38,852 nucleotides of DNA from Candidatus Omnitrophota bacterium (GTDB lineage Bacteria; Omnitrophota; Gorgyraeia; JAUYCX01; JBMONJ01), in the NCBI GenBank assembly GCA_049324655.1, contig JBMONJ010000173.1, positions 1 to 38,852 of the forward strand. The letters run 5' to 3'. The notes under the pieces were generated by a model. The model ran no database searches. It had not been told where the DNA came from and saw only the letters and a list, made by a program, of their open reading frames with translations. Position 1 is the first letter of the stretch; every line of letters begins with the position of its first letter. The position numbers and the translations under genes were made by a program. Below, one piece after another: positions 1 to 8,648 of this stretch.

Positions 1-1
1 T

Positions 2-1216
2 GATTGTTTCTACCGGGACGCCAACCGGCTGATATTTTCCGCCGTCCTCGAGCTTTACAATAATCAGAAGAGCATTGATCTCATCACCTTAAGCGATGAA
101 TTAAAAAGAAAGGGGAGTCTTGACTCCGTTGGCGGAGTTGCCTATCTTACCAATCTTACCGAAGCTGTGCCTACCGCGGCAAATGTGTTGCATTATGCCA
201 AAATAGTCAAGGAAAAGAGCATCCTGCGGTTCTTAATCAACAACGCGACGCAGATAGTTTCCGAGAGCTTCGAGCCCAAAGGAAATGTGGACGAACTCTT
301 GGACCGCGCCGAGAAACTCATCTTTGAAATTTCCGATCATAAGGCCAAAGGCGGATATGTGGTTTTAAAAGACCTTATCCGCGACTCTATCGAGACCATT
401 GACCGGCTGTATCAGAAAAAGACCCATGTTACCGGCATCCCGACGGGTTTTCTGGATTTTGACCGGCAGACTTCCGGGTTACAGAATTCGGACCTTATCG
501 TGGTTGCCGGTCGGCCTTCAATGGGAAAAAGCGCGCTGGTTCTTTCCATTGCCGAATATGCTGCGGTAGTTGAAAAACTGCCCGTTGCCTTTTTCAGCCT
601 GGAGATGTCCAAGGAACAATTGGTGCAGCGGATGTTGTGTTCGCATGCTAAGGTTGACGCCCATAAGGTGCGTTCGGGTTTTCTTTCACCCTCGGACTGG
701 CCGCGGCTTACTGCGGCTGCGGGTAAATTGTCCGAGGCCCCGGTATTTATCGACGATTCTCCGGCGATATCCGCCTTGGAACTGCGTGCCAAGGCCCGGC
801 GTTTAAAATCTCACCACGATATAAAACTTATTGTCTTAGATTATTTGCAGTTGATGCGGGGAAGCACTCCGGCGGAAAGCCGGCAGCAGGAGATTTCCGA
901 GATCTCCCGCTCCTTAAAGGCCTTGGCCAGAGAGTTGAATGTGCCGGTGATTGCTATCAGCCAGCTTTCCCGTGCCGTGGAGGCCCGGCAGGACCACCGT
1001 CCGCAGTTATCCGATTTAAGAGAGTCGGGGGCTATCGAGCAGGACGCGGATGTGGTGGTTTTGCTGCTGCGCGAGGAATATTATTTCCCGACCGAGGAGA
1101 ATAAGGGGCAGGCCGAGGTAATCATCGCTAAGCAAAGAAATGGGCCGGTGGGCTCCATAAAACTGGCCTTTATCAAAGAATTTATGCGTTTCGAGAATCT
1201 GTCGCGGGGGGAATGA
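2..1216 (+). CDS. dnaB: Replicative DNA helicase DnaB, 5'-truncated by the window edge
   Basis: The frame of ORF 167..1216 stays open back to nt 2 (DCFYRDANRLIFSAVLELY...). It has Walker A GRPSMGKSAL, Walker B LIVLDYLQLM, and SQLSR and KQRNGP motifs typical of the DnaB RecA-like domain. Confidence 0.93.
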   Translation, partial: DCFYRDANRLIFSAVLELYNNQKSIDLITLSDELKRKGSLDSVGGVAYLTNLTEAVPTAANVLHYAKIVKEKSILRFLINNATQIVSESFEPKGNVDELLDRAEKLIFEISDHKAKGGYVVLKDLIRDSIETIDRLYQKKTHVTGIPTGFLDFDRQTSGLQNSDLIVVAGRPSMGKSALVLSIAEYAAVVEKLPVAFFSLEMSKEQLVQRMLCSHAKVDAHKVRSGFLSPSDWPRLTAAAGKLSEAPVFIDDSPAISALELRAKARRLKSHHDIKLIVLDYLQLMRGSTPAESRQQEISEISRSLKALARELNVPVIAISQLSRAVEARQDHRPQLSDLRESGAIEQDADVVVLLLREEYYFPTEENKGQAEVIIAKQRNGPVGSIKLAFIKEFMRFENLSRGE

Positions 1217-1243
1217 GAAGATCGACGTTAGACTTTAGTCGTG

Positions 1244-1361
1244 GTATTGGGGGTGAGTTGTGTGTTGTGGGGCGGGTTGTGGGGATGGGTTGTGAGGTTA
1301 TTAATACCTCACCCTCACTACGCACAACTCGACACCCAACTCACAACCCACCCTCATTCCC
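1244..1361. repeat. Family-1 G/T-word foldback element, copy 1 (118 nt)
   Basis: Starts gtattgggggtgag and ends ccaccctcattccc. The 5' arm is made of gtgag/ttgtg words and the 3' arm of ctcac/cacaac words, around the centre gtgaggttattaatacctcac. It has the same termini and length as the copy at 9826..9943. Confidence 0.8.
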
Positions 1362-1382
1362 TGCAAAATCTGAACTTTCCCC

Positions 1383-1411
1383 TTGTTTTGTTAAAGTTTT
1401 GCCGATATAAT
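1383..1411 (+). promoter_or_regulatory. Weak sigma70-like promoter candidate upstream of bamA
   Basis: ttgttt, 17 nt spacer, then tataat (1406..1411). The -10 box ends only 7 nt before the bamA ATG, so the fit is uncertain. Confidence 0.25.
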
Positions 1412-1418
1412 TAGGAAA

Positions 1419-3743
1419 ATGAAGATTTGCCGGAATTTACTTTTTTGCTTAGCCGTTTTGTCTGCGGCTGATTTTTTATATGCCCAAGAACCCGGCCAAA
1501 GCCCCATCTCTAAGGAATCTCCGAAACTGGTAAAGGCTATAGAGGTAAAAGGCAACCGCACTATCGCTACCGCGGTCATTCTCTCCAAGATCAAGACTAA
1601 AATCGGGCAGGAATATCTGCAAAATGTCATCAGCGAGGACATCAAAAGGCTTTACAGCACCGGATATTTCAGCGATGTCAACATCGACCGGGAAGATTAT
1701 CAGGCGGGGTTTAAGGTTATTTTTGTCCTTACGGAGAAACCGATAATCGAGAAGATAAGTTTCAGCAAGACGCGGTTTATCCGGGAGAGAAAACTGCGCA
1801 CAGTCATTGCTTCCAAGGATGGCGCGTTCTTGGACGAAAAAGTCATCAAGGACGACTTACGTTCCATCGCCGAGCTTTACCGTAAAGAAGGTTTCTCGTT
1901 GGCCAGCGTTGATTATGCCACCGAGATTGACGCGGCCGGGGCCAAGGCAAAGTTGAATTTCATCATCGAAGAGGGTCGCCGGACGCGCATCACCAAGATT
2001 TTCATAAAAGGTAACTCGTCATTTAAATCCGGTCGCATCCTCAAACTGATAAAGACCCGTCCCCGGTCGTTGTTTAACGCCGGTTTCTATAAAAGAGAGA
2101 TTCTCGACGAGGATATGGAGCGAATTGTCGCCTTCTACAATGGCGAGGGATTTTTGGACGCCAAGGCGGACTATGAGATTGATGAATCAAAGAAGAATCG
2201 CCTTTATGTCCGGATAAACATTGCCGAAGGCAAACGGTATTATGTGGGCAAGGTGACGGTATCCGGCAACACGGTGTTCTCCGAGAATGAGATTAAAGCC
2301 CAGATAAAGGAAACCAAGCCGGCAAAGATTTTCGCGCGAGCTCGGCTGGACGCGGATGCGGACAGTATCCGCGCGCTTTATTTCGACAAGGGTTATATCT
2401 TCGCCGATATCAAGTCCGATACCCTGCTCGATCCGGAAAGCGGCAAGGTGGATGTGACTCTGATTGTTGATGAAGGCGTGGTGGCCTATGTCAACAAGAT
2501 AAAGGTTCGTGGCAATGTTAAAACCAAGGATATAGTTATCCGTAGGGAATTAAGGATAAGGCCGGGAGACCGCTTTGATGGAAGCAAATTACGCCGCAGT
2601 CAGGAGCGCCTGCGCAATTTGGGTTTCTTTGAAGAAATAAGTTATGATGTGGAGATGCCCGAGCGGCCCTCGGAGGATAAGCGGGACTTGGTAGTGGAGG
2701 TTAAGGAATCCAAGACCGGGGAATTCAGTTTCGGCGGCGGATACAGTACTGTTGATCAGCTGGTCGGTTTTATCCAGTTAGAGCAGAAGAACTTCGACTG
2801 GAAGAATTTCCCGACCTTTACCGGCGCCGGACAAGACATTAAACTTCATTACGAGGCGGGCACGCTTAAACAGAACGCCTATTTAAGCTTTACTGAGCCG
2901 TGGCTCTTTGATTATCCGGTTTCCTTCGGCTTTGATGCCTTTCGCACCGAGCATAAACGCGCCGAGGATGTGGGTTACGGTTATGATGACAAGCGGGTCG
3001 GCGGCGACCTGCGGTTGGGCAAAGAATTTTCCGATTACCTGAAGGGTAACGCGATATATTCGCTGGAAGATATTACGATAAGCAATATTGACGATGCGGC
3101 GAGCTCCGAGTTAAAGAAAGAGGCTGGGACCAATACCGTGAGCAGGTTAGGACTGGGTCTTACCTACGACACCCGCGATAATATCTTAGACCCTACGCGG
3201 GGTTATATGCTTAACGCTTTTCTTGAGGGTGCGGGTGGGCCTTTAAGCGGAGACAAGAATTTCACCCGCTACACCTTTAAGGGTAGCTTAGATATACCGC
3301 TTGCCTTTAAATCAGTCTTGGAATTCCGTGGCCAGGCGGGTTTTGCCGATGCCTTCGGTGACTCGGATGAGGTGCCGATTTATGAAAGATATTTTGCCGG
3401 CGGCGCTTACACGATACGCGGATACAATGAAAGAAATGTCGGTCCGGTTGACCCTGCTTCCAATGATCCCATCGGCGGTAATTCCATGCTCGTCGGGAAT
3501 ATCGAACTTACCGTCCCGTTAATGGATTTTATTCGTGCCGCGGGTTTCTTCGATACCGGTAATGTCTGGGAAAAGGCCAAAGATTTCGGCAGCGGCGGTT
3601 TCAAATCCGGTTTAGGGTTTGGTTTCCGGGTCAAGACGCCTATCGGCCCGATAAGGCTGGATTACGGCTTCCCCTTAAACGAAGAGCCGGGAGAGGATAA
3701 AAAGAAAGGTAAATTCTATTTTAGTATGAGCCAGAACTTTTAA
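1419..3743 (+). CDS. bamA: Outer membrane protein assembly factor BamA (Omp85 family)
   Basis: 774 aa with an N-terminal signal peptide, repeated POTRA-like modules (IKVRGN..T.D..IRREL) and a C-terminal beta-barrel ending GFGFRVKTPIGPIRLDYGFPL...FYFSMSQNF. The aggaaa RBS sits before the ATG. Confidence 0.92.
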   Translation: MKICRNLLFCLAVLSAADFLYAQEPGQSPISKESPKLVKAIEVKGNRTIATAVILSKIKTKIGQEYLQNVISEDIKRLYSTGYFSDVNIDREDYQAGFKVIFVLTEKPIIEKISFSKTRFIRERKLRTVIASKDGAFLDEKVIKDDLRSIAELYRKEGFSLASVDYATEIDAAGAKAKLNFIIEEGRRTRITKIFIKGNSSFKSGRILKLIKTRPRSLFNAGFYKREILDEDMERIVAFYNGEGFLDAKADYEIDESKKNRLYVRINIAEGKRYYVGKVTVSGNTVFSENEIKAQIKETKPAKIFARARLDADADSIRALYFDKGYIFADIKSDTLLDPESGKVDVTLIVDEGVVAYVNKIKVRGNVKTKDIVIRRELRIRPGDRFDGSKLRRSQERLRNLGFFEEISYDVEMPERPSEDKRDLVVEVKESKTGEFSFGGGYSTVDQLVGFIQLEQKNFDWKNFPTFTGAGQDIKLHYEAGTLKQNAYLSFTEPWLFDYPVSFGFDAFRTEHKRAEDVGYGYDDKRVGGDLRLGKEFSDYLKGNAIYSLEDITISNIDDAASSELKKEAGTNTVSRLGLGLTYDTRDNILDPTRGYMLNAFLEGAGGPLSGDKNFTRYTFKGSLDIPLAFKSVLEFRGQAGFADAFGDSDEVPIYERYFAGGAYTIRGYNERNVGPVDPASNDPIGGNSMLVGNIELTVPLMDFIRAAGFFDTGNVWEKAKDFGSGGFKSGLGFGFRVKTPIGPIRLDYGFPLNEEPGEDKKKGKFYFSMSQNF

Positions 3744-3749
3744 GTAAAG

Positions 3750-4277
3750 GTGAGGAGGTATAAATTGAAAAATCTGAAGATTTTTTTGGCGACAGTGATA
3801 ATCCTGGGTTTTGCCGCTGGCGGTTTATGCGCGCAGGAGGCGATGAGATTCGCTTATGTGGATTTAAGCCGCCTGTTCGACGAATACTATAAGACCAAGG
3901 AATACGACGAGATTTTAAGCGGCAAGGCCAAGGTGAAGGAAGAGGAGCGCGGCAAAATCATAAATGTAATCAAGGACCTGCAGGCAAAGCTGGCCCTGGT
4001 AAGCGACAAGGAAAAAGACAAATTGCAGTCTCAGCTTGACGCAAAGATGAAGTCGTTAGAGGAATTTGACCGTGAGGCAACGGCTGATTTACGCAAGCAG
4101 CGCGACGAGCTGTTGCGCGAGGTCCTCAAGGATATTGAAAAGGTAGTGCGTGATTATGCCCAGAAGGAGAAATACGATTTTATCTTTAACGACCGTATAC
4201 TCCTTTACGGCGACGATGGTTATGATATTACCCAGCCGCTGATTAAGATTTTAAACGAGAAGGCGAAAAAGAAATAA
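3750..4277 (+). CDS. skp: Periplasmic chaperone Skp/OmpH
   Basis: About 170 aa with a signal peptide followed by lysine/glutamate-rich coiled coil. It sits in the classic position between bamA and lpxD. The true start may be TTG at 3765, which is 7 nt after a gaggagg RBS. Confidence 0.8.
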   Translation: MRRYKLKNLKIFLATVIILGFAAGGLCAQEAMRFAYVDLSRLFDEYYKTKEYDEILSGKAKVKEEERGKIINVIKDLQAKLALVSDKEKDKLQSQLDAKMKSLEEFDREATADLRKQRDELLREVLKDIEKVVRDYAQKEKYDFIFNDRILLYGDDGYDITQPLIKILNEKAKKK

Positions 4278-4282
4278 CCGAT

Positions 4283-5341
4283 ATGCGTAAGACATTGGCG
4301 GAAATTGCCAGCATAGTTGACGGAGAGATTATAGGCGACGGTGCAGTAGTCATCACCGGCATCTGCGGGATAAAAGAGGCCAAGCCCGGGGATTTGACCT
4401 TTGTGGCCAATCCCAAGTACCTTTCGCTTATGGAGCAGACGCAGGCCTCGGCGATTATTACCTCTAAAGAGATAAAATCGGCGCCCAAGCCGATTATCCG
4501 CACCGAGAATCCTTCGTTGGCCTTTGCCAAAATGGTTTCTTTAATTGCGCCAAATGAGGTACCGCATTTCTCCGGCGTGCATAAGACAGCGATCATCGGC
4601 CAGAATGTTAAACTCGGTAAAGATATCGCCGTCGGCCCCTATGTGATCGTGGAGGATAACGCGGTAATTGGAGAGCGTACCGTCATTTATGCCGGATGTT
4701 ATATTGGTCATCATGCGATAATCGGTAAGGACTGTCTTATTTATCCGGGCGTTTCCATTCGCGAGAGGATAACTATCGGCGGGAGGGTAATTATTCACAG
4801 CGGGACGGTTATCGGTTCCGACGGGTTCGGCTTTGCCACTATTAAGGGGTTGCACCATAAGATTCCGCAAATAGGCACGGTGATTATCGAAGACGATGTG
4901 GAAGTCGGCGCCAATGTCACTATTGACCGCGCGCGATTTGACAAGACGGTTATCGGTAAGGGGACCAAGATTGATAATTTAGTGCAAATCGCGCATAATG
5001 TTATCGTCGGAGAAAATTGTATCATCGTCGCCCAAGCGGGCATCTCCGGCAGCACGGCGCTGGGCAAGAATGTTCTCTTGGCCGGACAGGCCGGTTTAGT
5101 CGGTCATATCACCATCGGCGACGGCGTGGTAGTTGCGGCCCAAGCCGGCGTAACCAAATCGGTTCCCGCCAATACCAAGGTATCTGGATATCCCGCCAAA
5201 CCTCACGATACAGCTAAGAAGGTAAACGCCTGCCTGCAGCGTCTTCCCCAGCTCGTAGATAAGGTAAAGGAACTTGAGAAGAAGCTCGCTGAATTACAGG
5301 AGCAGCTGAAAAGCAAATATTCTACTTCGCATAGCCAATGA
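4283..5341 (+). CDS. lpxD: UDP-3-O-acylglucosamine N-acyltransferase LpxD
   Basis: N-terminal [16 protein letters not shown]...[12 protein letters not shown] followed by long left-handed beta-helix hexapeptide repeats. Confidence 0.92.
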   Translation: MRKTLAEIASIVDGEIIGDGAVVITGICGIKEAKPGDLTFVANPKYLSLMEQTQASAIITSKEIKSAPKPIIRTENPSLAFAKMVSLIAPNEVPHFSGVHKTAIIGQNVKLGKDIAVGPYVIVEDNAVIGERTVIYAGCYIGHHAIIGKDCLIYPGVSIRERITIGGRVIIHSGTVIGSDGFGFATIKGLHHKIPQIGTVIIEDDVEVGANVTIDRARFDKTVIGKGTKIDNLVQIAHNVIVGENCIIVAQAGISGSTALGKNVLLAGQAGLVGHITIGDGVVVAAQAGVTKSVPANTKVSGYPAKPHDTAKKVNACLQRLPQLVDKVKELEKKLAELQEQLKSKYSTSHSQ

Positions 5342-5424
5342 GAAAAAATGGTAAATGCTTCGAAGAATATTCTCCGAAGCCCTACCACAGTTTGACTATG
5401 TAAGGGCGAAGGAGAATAGACGCC

Positions 5425-6738
5425 ATGGACTTGCAGAAAACTATAAGAAAAACCGTCTCCTTGGAAGGTATCGGTTTGCATACTGGCGGCCGGGTGAAGG
5501 TTACCTTTAAGCCGGCGCTGGCTAATGCGGGAATAAATTTTATCCGCGTGGATTTACCCGGAAAGCCGGTTATCTGCGCCGCGATAGATAATATTTTAGA
5601 TATTGATAAGGCCCCGCGCCGGACCTCGGTGGGTAAAGACGGAGTGGAGATTCATACCGTCGAGCATCTAATGGCCACCCTCTGCGGATTAGGCGTAGAT
5701 AATCTCAATATCGATATTGATAATAACGAAGTCCCTGGTTTGGACGGCAGCGGTCTCAATTTCTTAGAGGCCATTAAAGATGCGGGATTAGAGGAGCAGC
5801 AGTCTGCGCGGCGTTATTTCTATGTCAAAGAACCGGTGATGGTAGAGGAAAGAGATTGTTTCCTGGCCGCCTTTCCCCACGCCCACTACAAGATTGCCTA
5901 TACTCTCGATTATCATCATCCCTTAATGAAGGCGCAGTATTTGAATATCGAGTTAAACCACGAGAGCTTTGAAAAGGAAGTGGCGGGTTTTCGTACCTTT
6001 GTGTTGGAGGACGAGGTTGAGGATTTAAAGCTGCGCGGTCTTGGCCGGGGGGCAAACTATGAAAATACCCTCGTCGTCGGCGAAAAAGGCATAAAGGAAA
6101 ATACCCTGCGCGCGGAGAATGAATTTGTCCGGCACAAAGTACTGGATTTAATCGGCGACCTTTATCTTTTGGGAATGCCGATAAAGGCGGCGGTGGTCGG
6201 GGCAAAGAGCGGCCATGCGCTGAATATTCGTCTGTTAAAAAAAATAAATGAGCAAAAGGGCCAGTTTGAATTAGGCGGCGTGCAAGCGACGAGTATCGCC
6301 CGTGGCAAGGAACTGGATATTTCCCAGATAATGAAGATCCTGCCCCACCGTTATCCATTTCTCTTGGTAGACCGCATCATTTCCATTGAAGATGGCAAGC
6401 GCGCCGTGGGCGTAAAGAATGTCACCATTAACGAAGGTTTTTTCCAAGGCCACTTTCCCCAGCGTCCAGTGATGCCCGGGGTGTTGATTATCGAAGCCAT
6501 GGCGCAGGTGGGCGGCGTATTGATGCTTTCACAGGAACAGCATATGGGCAAAATTGCCTATTTTATCGCTGCCAACAACATAAAATTCCGCAAGACGGTG
6601 ACTCCCGGTGACCAGCTGGTTTTAGAGGTGGAGATTATAAAGGTTAAATCCAAGACCGGTCAGGTGCATACCGTTGCCAAGGTTGATGGCCGGGTGGTTG
6701 CTGAGGCAGATCTAATGTTTACTTTGGTTGAATCGTAA
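5425..6738 (+). CDS. lpxC-fabZ: Bifunctional LpxC deacetylase / FabZ 3-hydroxyacyl-ACP dehydratase fusion
   Basis: The N-terminal ~280 aa are LpxC-like (TIRKTVSLEGIGLHTGG, HTVEHL, HKVLDLIGDL). The C-terminal ~145 aa are FabZ-like (LPHRYPFLLVDRI, GHFPQRPVMPGVLIIEAMAQ). Confidence 0.9.
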   Translation: MDLQKTIRKTVSLEGIGLHTGGRVKVTFKPALANAGINFIRVDLPGKPVICAAIDNILDIDKAPRRTSVGKDGVEIHTVEHLMATLCGLGVDNLNIDIDNNEVPGLDGSGLNFLEAIKDAGLEEQQSARRYFYVKEPVMVEERDCFLAAFPHAHYKIAYTLDYHHPLMKAQYLNIELNHESFEKEVAGFRTFVLEDEVEDLKLRGLGRGANYENTLVVGEKGIKENTLRAENEFVRHKVLDLIGDLYLLGMPIKAAVVGAKSGHALNIRLLKKINEQKGQFELGGVQATSIARGKELDISQIMKILPHRYPFLLVDRIISIEDGKRAVGVKNVTINEGFFQGHFPQRPVMPGVLIIEAMAQVGGVLMLSQEQHMGKIAYFIAANNIKFRKTVTPGDQLVLEVEIIKVKSKTGQVHTVAKVDGRVVAEADLMFTLVES

Positions 6739-6774
6739 GCTAAAACGGGATTCGTTCGCAGAGCTTAATACAGA

Positions 6775-6800
6775 GACAGCAAATTATTTTGTTGTCTTTC
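6775..6800 (+). terminator. Candidate intrinsic terminator after lpxC-fabZ
   Basis: 9 bp stem gacagcaaa/tttgttgtc (one G.T pair), loop ttat, followed by tttc. Confidence 0.4.
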
Positions 6801-6820
6801 GAAGTTTGCGATATTATACT
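6792..6820 (+). promoter_or_regulatory. Sigma70-like promoter candidate for the 3-gene cassette
   Basis: ttgtct (6792..6797), 17 nt spacer, tatact (6815..6820). A ggagga RBS lies at 6832..6837 and the ATG at 6841. Confidence 0.45.
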
Positions 6821-6840
6821 ATTTCCCGGATGGAGGATAA

Positions 6841-7245
6841 ATGGACAAGCCAAAACCGATAGTCCTGTCGATGATAATATGCGACACCGTGCTTGATGAT
6901 AGGGCTACCAACAAGAAAACATTGGTTGGATTGTTTAGCAATATTTGGGCTTCTTCTTGTCCTTGCGTTCATCCGCGGCTTAATGTTTTTATAACCTTAA
7001 CTGATGGAAGAGGCAGTTATCAGGGTAGCTTAAAGTGTGTTAACGAAGATACGAATACGGAAATACTGAGACTTGAAGGTCCCATAATTTTTCAGAGCGG
7101 AGAGCATATTATAGAGTTAAATTTTGAATTAGTTAATGTTCGTTTCCCCGCTTTTGGAAGTTATCACTTTGAGTTTTGGTGCGACGGCGATATTCTAATA
7201 ACCAGAAGATTCGCAGTCACACAGCAGGAAAGCGTGGGAAGATAA
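6841..7245 (+). CDS. Hypothetical small protein (134 aa), first gene of the AT-rich cassette
   Basis: Good RBS and no recognisable catalytic motif. The alternating hydrophobic pattern looks beta-rich (IVLSMIICDTVL, LNVFITL, HIIELNFELVNVRF, GSYHFEFWCDGDILITRRFAV). It resembles small DUF-type beta-sandwich proteins, but that is from memory and unverified. Its stop is 1 nt before the next start. Confidence 0.6.
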   Translation: MDKPKPIVLSMIICDTVLDDRATNKKTLVGLFSNIWASSCPCVHPRLNVFITLTDGRGSYQGSLKCVNEDTNTEILRLEGPIIFQSGEHIIELNFELVNVRFPAFGSYHFEFWCDGDILITRRFAVTQQESVGR

Positions 7246-7246
7246 A

Positions 7247-7498
7247 ATGATAGACATAGTTCAAACTGACAGCCCGTCGGGACTTTACAATTTCTCGTCA
7301 AAAGAAAAAAATACGATAGTCAAAGGTATTCCCACAACTTGCCATAAGTTTGTCTTTCGTCACTCTATTATAGTTTCTAGCGTTGAGTTGTCGGACGAAG
7401 AAATGATCGCCATCGCCGAAAGGGCGGGGACATTTTCTTTTCTTAACAAGCCAGAAGAAGATATTTACACGATGGAAGATGGCGAAGCGGTCCAATGA
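7247..7498 (+). CDS. Putative antitoxin (83 aa) partner of the MazF/PemK toxin
   Basis: Its stop overlaps the toxin start (ATGA). It is small with an acidic C-terminus (LSDEEMIAIAERAG..FLNKPEEDIYTMEDGEAV). I recognised no DNA-binding motif. Confidence 0.5.
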   Translation: MIDIVQTDSPSGLYNFSSKEKNTIVKGIPTTCHKFVFRHSIIVSSVELSDEEMIAIAERAGTFSFLNKPEEDIYTMEDGEAVQ

Positions 7499-7842
7499 AA
7501 AAAGGCGATATATTATTAGTACGTTTTCCCTTTACCGATTTGACTTCTCTAAAAGTTCGTCCCACGGTAGTAATATCTCCGGATTCATATAATAAACAGC
7601 ATCAAGATCTGCTCTTAATGTTTATTACGACGAACGTCTCGACCTCCGGACCAGAAGATTTTCTACTAACAAATAAACACCCGGAGTTTGCTTTAACCGG
7701 TCTTAAAGTAAATTCGCTTTTCAAGATAAGTAAAATTAGTATTCTATCAAAACGTCTCGCTGTAAGAAAATTAGGCAATATCGGCCCCCAAATTTCTTCA
7801 GAGATAAATTCCAGATTGCAATCCTTCCTTCAATTAATGTAA
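7495..7842 (+). CDS. MazF/PemK-family toxin (endoribonuclease)
   Basis: N-terminal KKGDILLVRFPFTDLTSLKVRPTVVIS followed by LLLMFITTN, the hallmark pattern of PemK/MazF SH3-like toxins. 115 aa. Confidence 0.75.
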   Translation: MKKGDILLVRFPFTDLTSLKVRPTVVISPDSYNKQHQDLLLMFITTNVSTSGPEDFLLTNKHPEFALTGLKVNSLFKISKISILSKRLAVRKLGNIGPQISSEINSRLQSFLQLM

Positions 7843-7880
7843 TAACATAATTTTTGCCTTCCCGCCCGCCTTGAGTATTG

Positions 7881-7909
7881 TTGACAGTACTATTCCAATG
7901 TGTTAAAAT
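7881..7909 (+). promoter_or_regulatory. Strong sigma70-like promoter candidate upstream of aroK
   Basis: Consensus ttgaca (7881..7886), 17 nt spacer, extended -10 tgttaaaat (taaaat at 7904..7909). Confidence 0.55.
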
Positions 7910-7943
7910 TCCTCGTCTATGGAGAGCAATGTAAAAAATACAT

Positions 7944-7988
7944 CTTGACGCTAATTACCGCGAATCTATTAGCAGCCATTAGCGTTAA
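7944..7988. repeat. Family-3 cgctaat/attagcg-word box
   Basis: cttgacgctaattaccgcgaatctattagcagccattagcgttaa. Both halves recur upstream of topA (9769..9790 and 9947..9967). The arms acgctaat and attagcgt are complementary. Confidence 0.65.
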
Positions 7989-8013
7989 TCGAGTTTCTCA
8001 ATGCACTTCAGCT

Positions 8014-8535
8014 ATGCAGAAAAACATTGTCCTGATTGGATTTATGGGTTCGGGCAAGACTGCGGTGGGCAAGGCGCTTAGCCGGCGGTTGAAGCGGGAT
8101 TTCGTGGATTTGGACGAGGTTATTGTTCAAAGCGAAGGCCGGGCCATTACTGAAATTTTCGCCCAATCGGGAGAGGCATATTTTCGGCAAAAAGAGAAAG
8201 CGCTGGTAAAAGAATTCAGCTTAAAGAGTAATTTGATAATCTCCTGTGGCGGCGGGGTGGTTTTGGTCGCGGAGAACTTGAAGAATTTAAAGCGGGGCGG
8301 CACAGTAATTTATCTTAAGGCCGCCCCGCAGGTCATCTTAGCGCGCACCCGCCATTCTTCCCATCGTCCGCTTTTAAATGTTGCGGACCCGCAGAAAAAG
8401 ATAAAGAAGCTACTTGCTGCGCGCGAGCCGCTGTATTTGCAAGCGGATATTATCGTCGACACCACGCGTAAATCCGTTTCCGAGGTTGTTGAGGAAATAA
8501 TTAGTAAGATTGAAACAATAGGGAGAAGGTTTTAA
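8014..8535 (+). CDS. aroK: Shikimate kinase
   Basis: MQKNIVLIGFMGSGKTAVGKALSRRL..FVDLD. The upstream part of ORF 7900..8535 crosses promoter and repeat sequence, so I prefer the start at 8014. Confidence 0.88.
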   Translation: MQKNIVLIGFMGSGKTAVGKALSRRLKRDFVDLDEVIVQSEGRAITEIFAQSGEAYFRQKEKALVKEFSLKSNLIISCGGGVVLVAENLKNLKRGGTVIYLKAAPQVILARTRHSSHRPLLNVADPQKKIKKLLAAREPLYLQADIIVDTTRKSVSEVVEEIISKIETIGRRF

Positions 8536-8545
8536 TGCGGCATTT

Positions 8546-8635
8546 TGGGTGAGGATGGGTTGTGGGTTGTGAGTCGAGTTGTGTGTTGTGGGGGTGGGTA
8601 TTAATGACCTCACAACTCACCCCCAATGCCCACTA
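8546..8635. repeat. Family-1 G/T-word foldback element, copy 2 (opposite orientation to copy 1)
   Basis: Starts tgggtgaggatgggttgtg and ends cctcacaactcacccccaatgcccactac. Its right end is the reverse complement of the left end of copies 1 and 3. Confidence 0.75.
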
Positions 8636-8648
8636 CATATTCACAAAA

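Noticed and set aside
1213-1410. 65 aa ORF between dnaB and bamA
   Set aside because: It lies entirely within the family-1 foldback. Its sequence is low complexity (GELCVVGRVVGMGCE...THNPPSFP) and simply translates the repeat words, and it has no RBS.
5357-5380. Stem-loop gcttcgaagaatattctccgaagc after lpxD as an intrinsic terminator
   Set aside because: The stem is nearly palindromic with almost no loop, and no T-run follows. lpxC-fabZ starts 45 nt downstream with its own aaggag RBS, so read-through is more likely.
5825-6358. Long antisense ORFs inside well-supported genes (also 17085..17624, 19521..20060, 23806..24426, 30626..31216, 32103..32771, 26990..27520)
   Set aside because: Each lies fully opposite a CDS with strong family motifs. 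Their products are Arg/Ser/Pro-rich or low complexity with no recognisable domains, as is typical of shadow ORFs.
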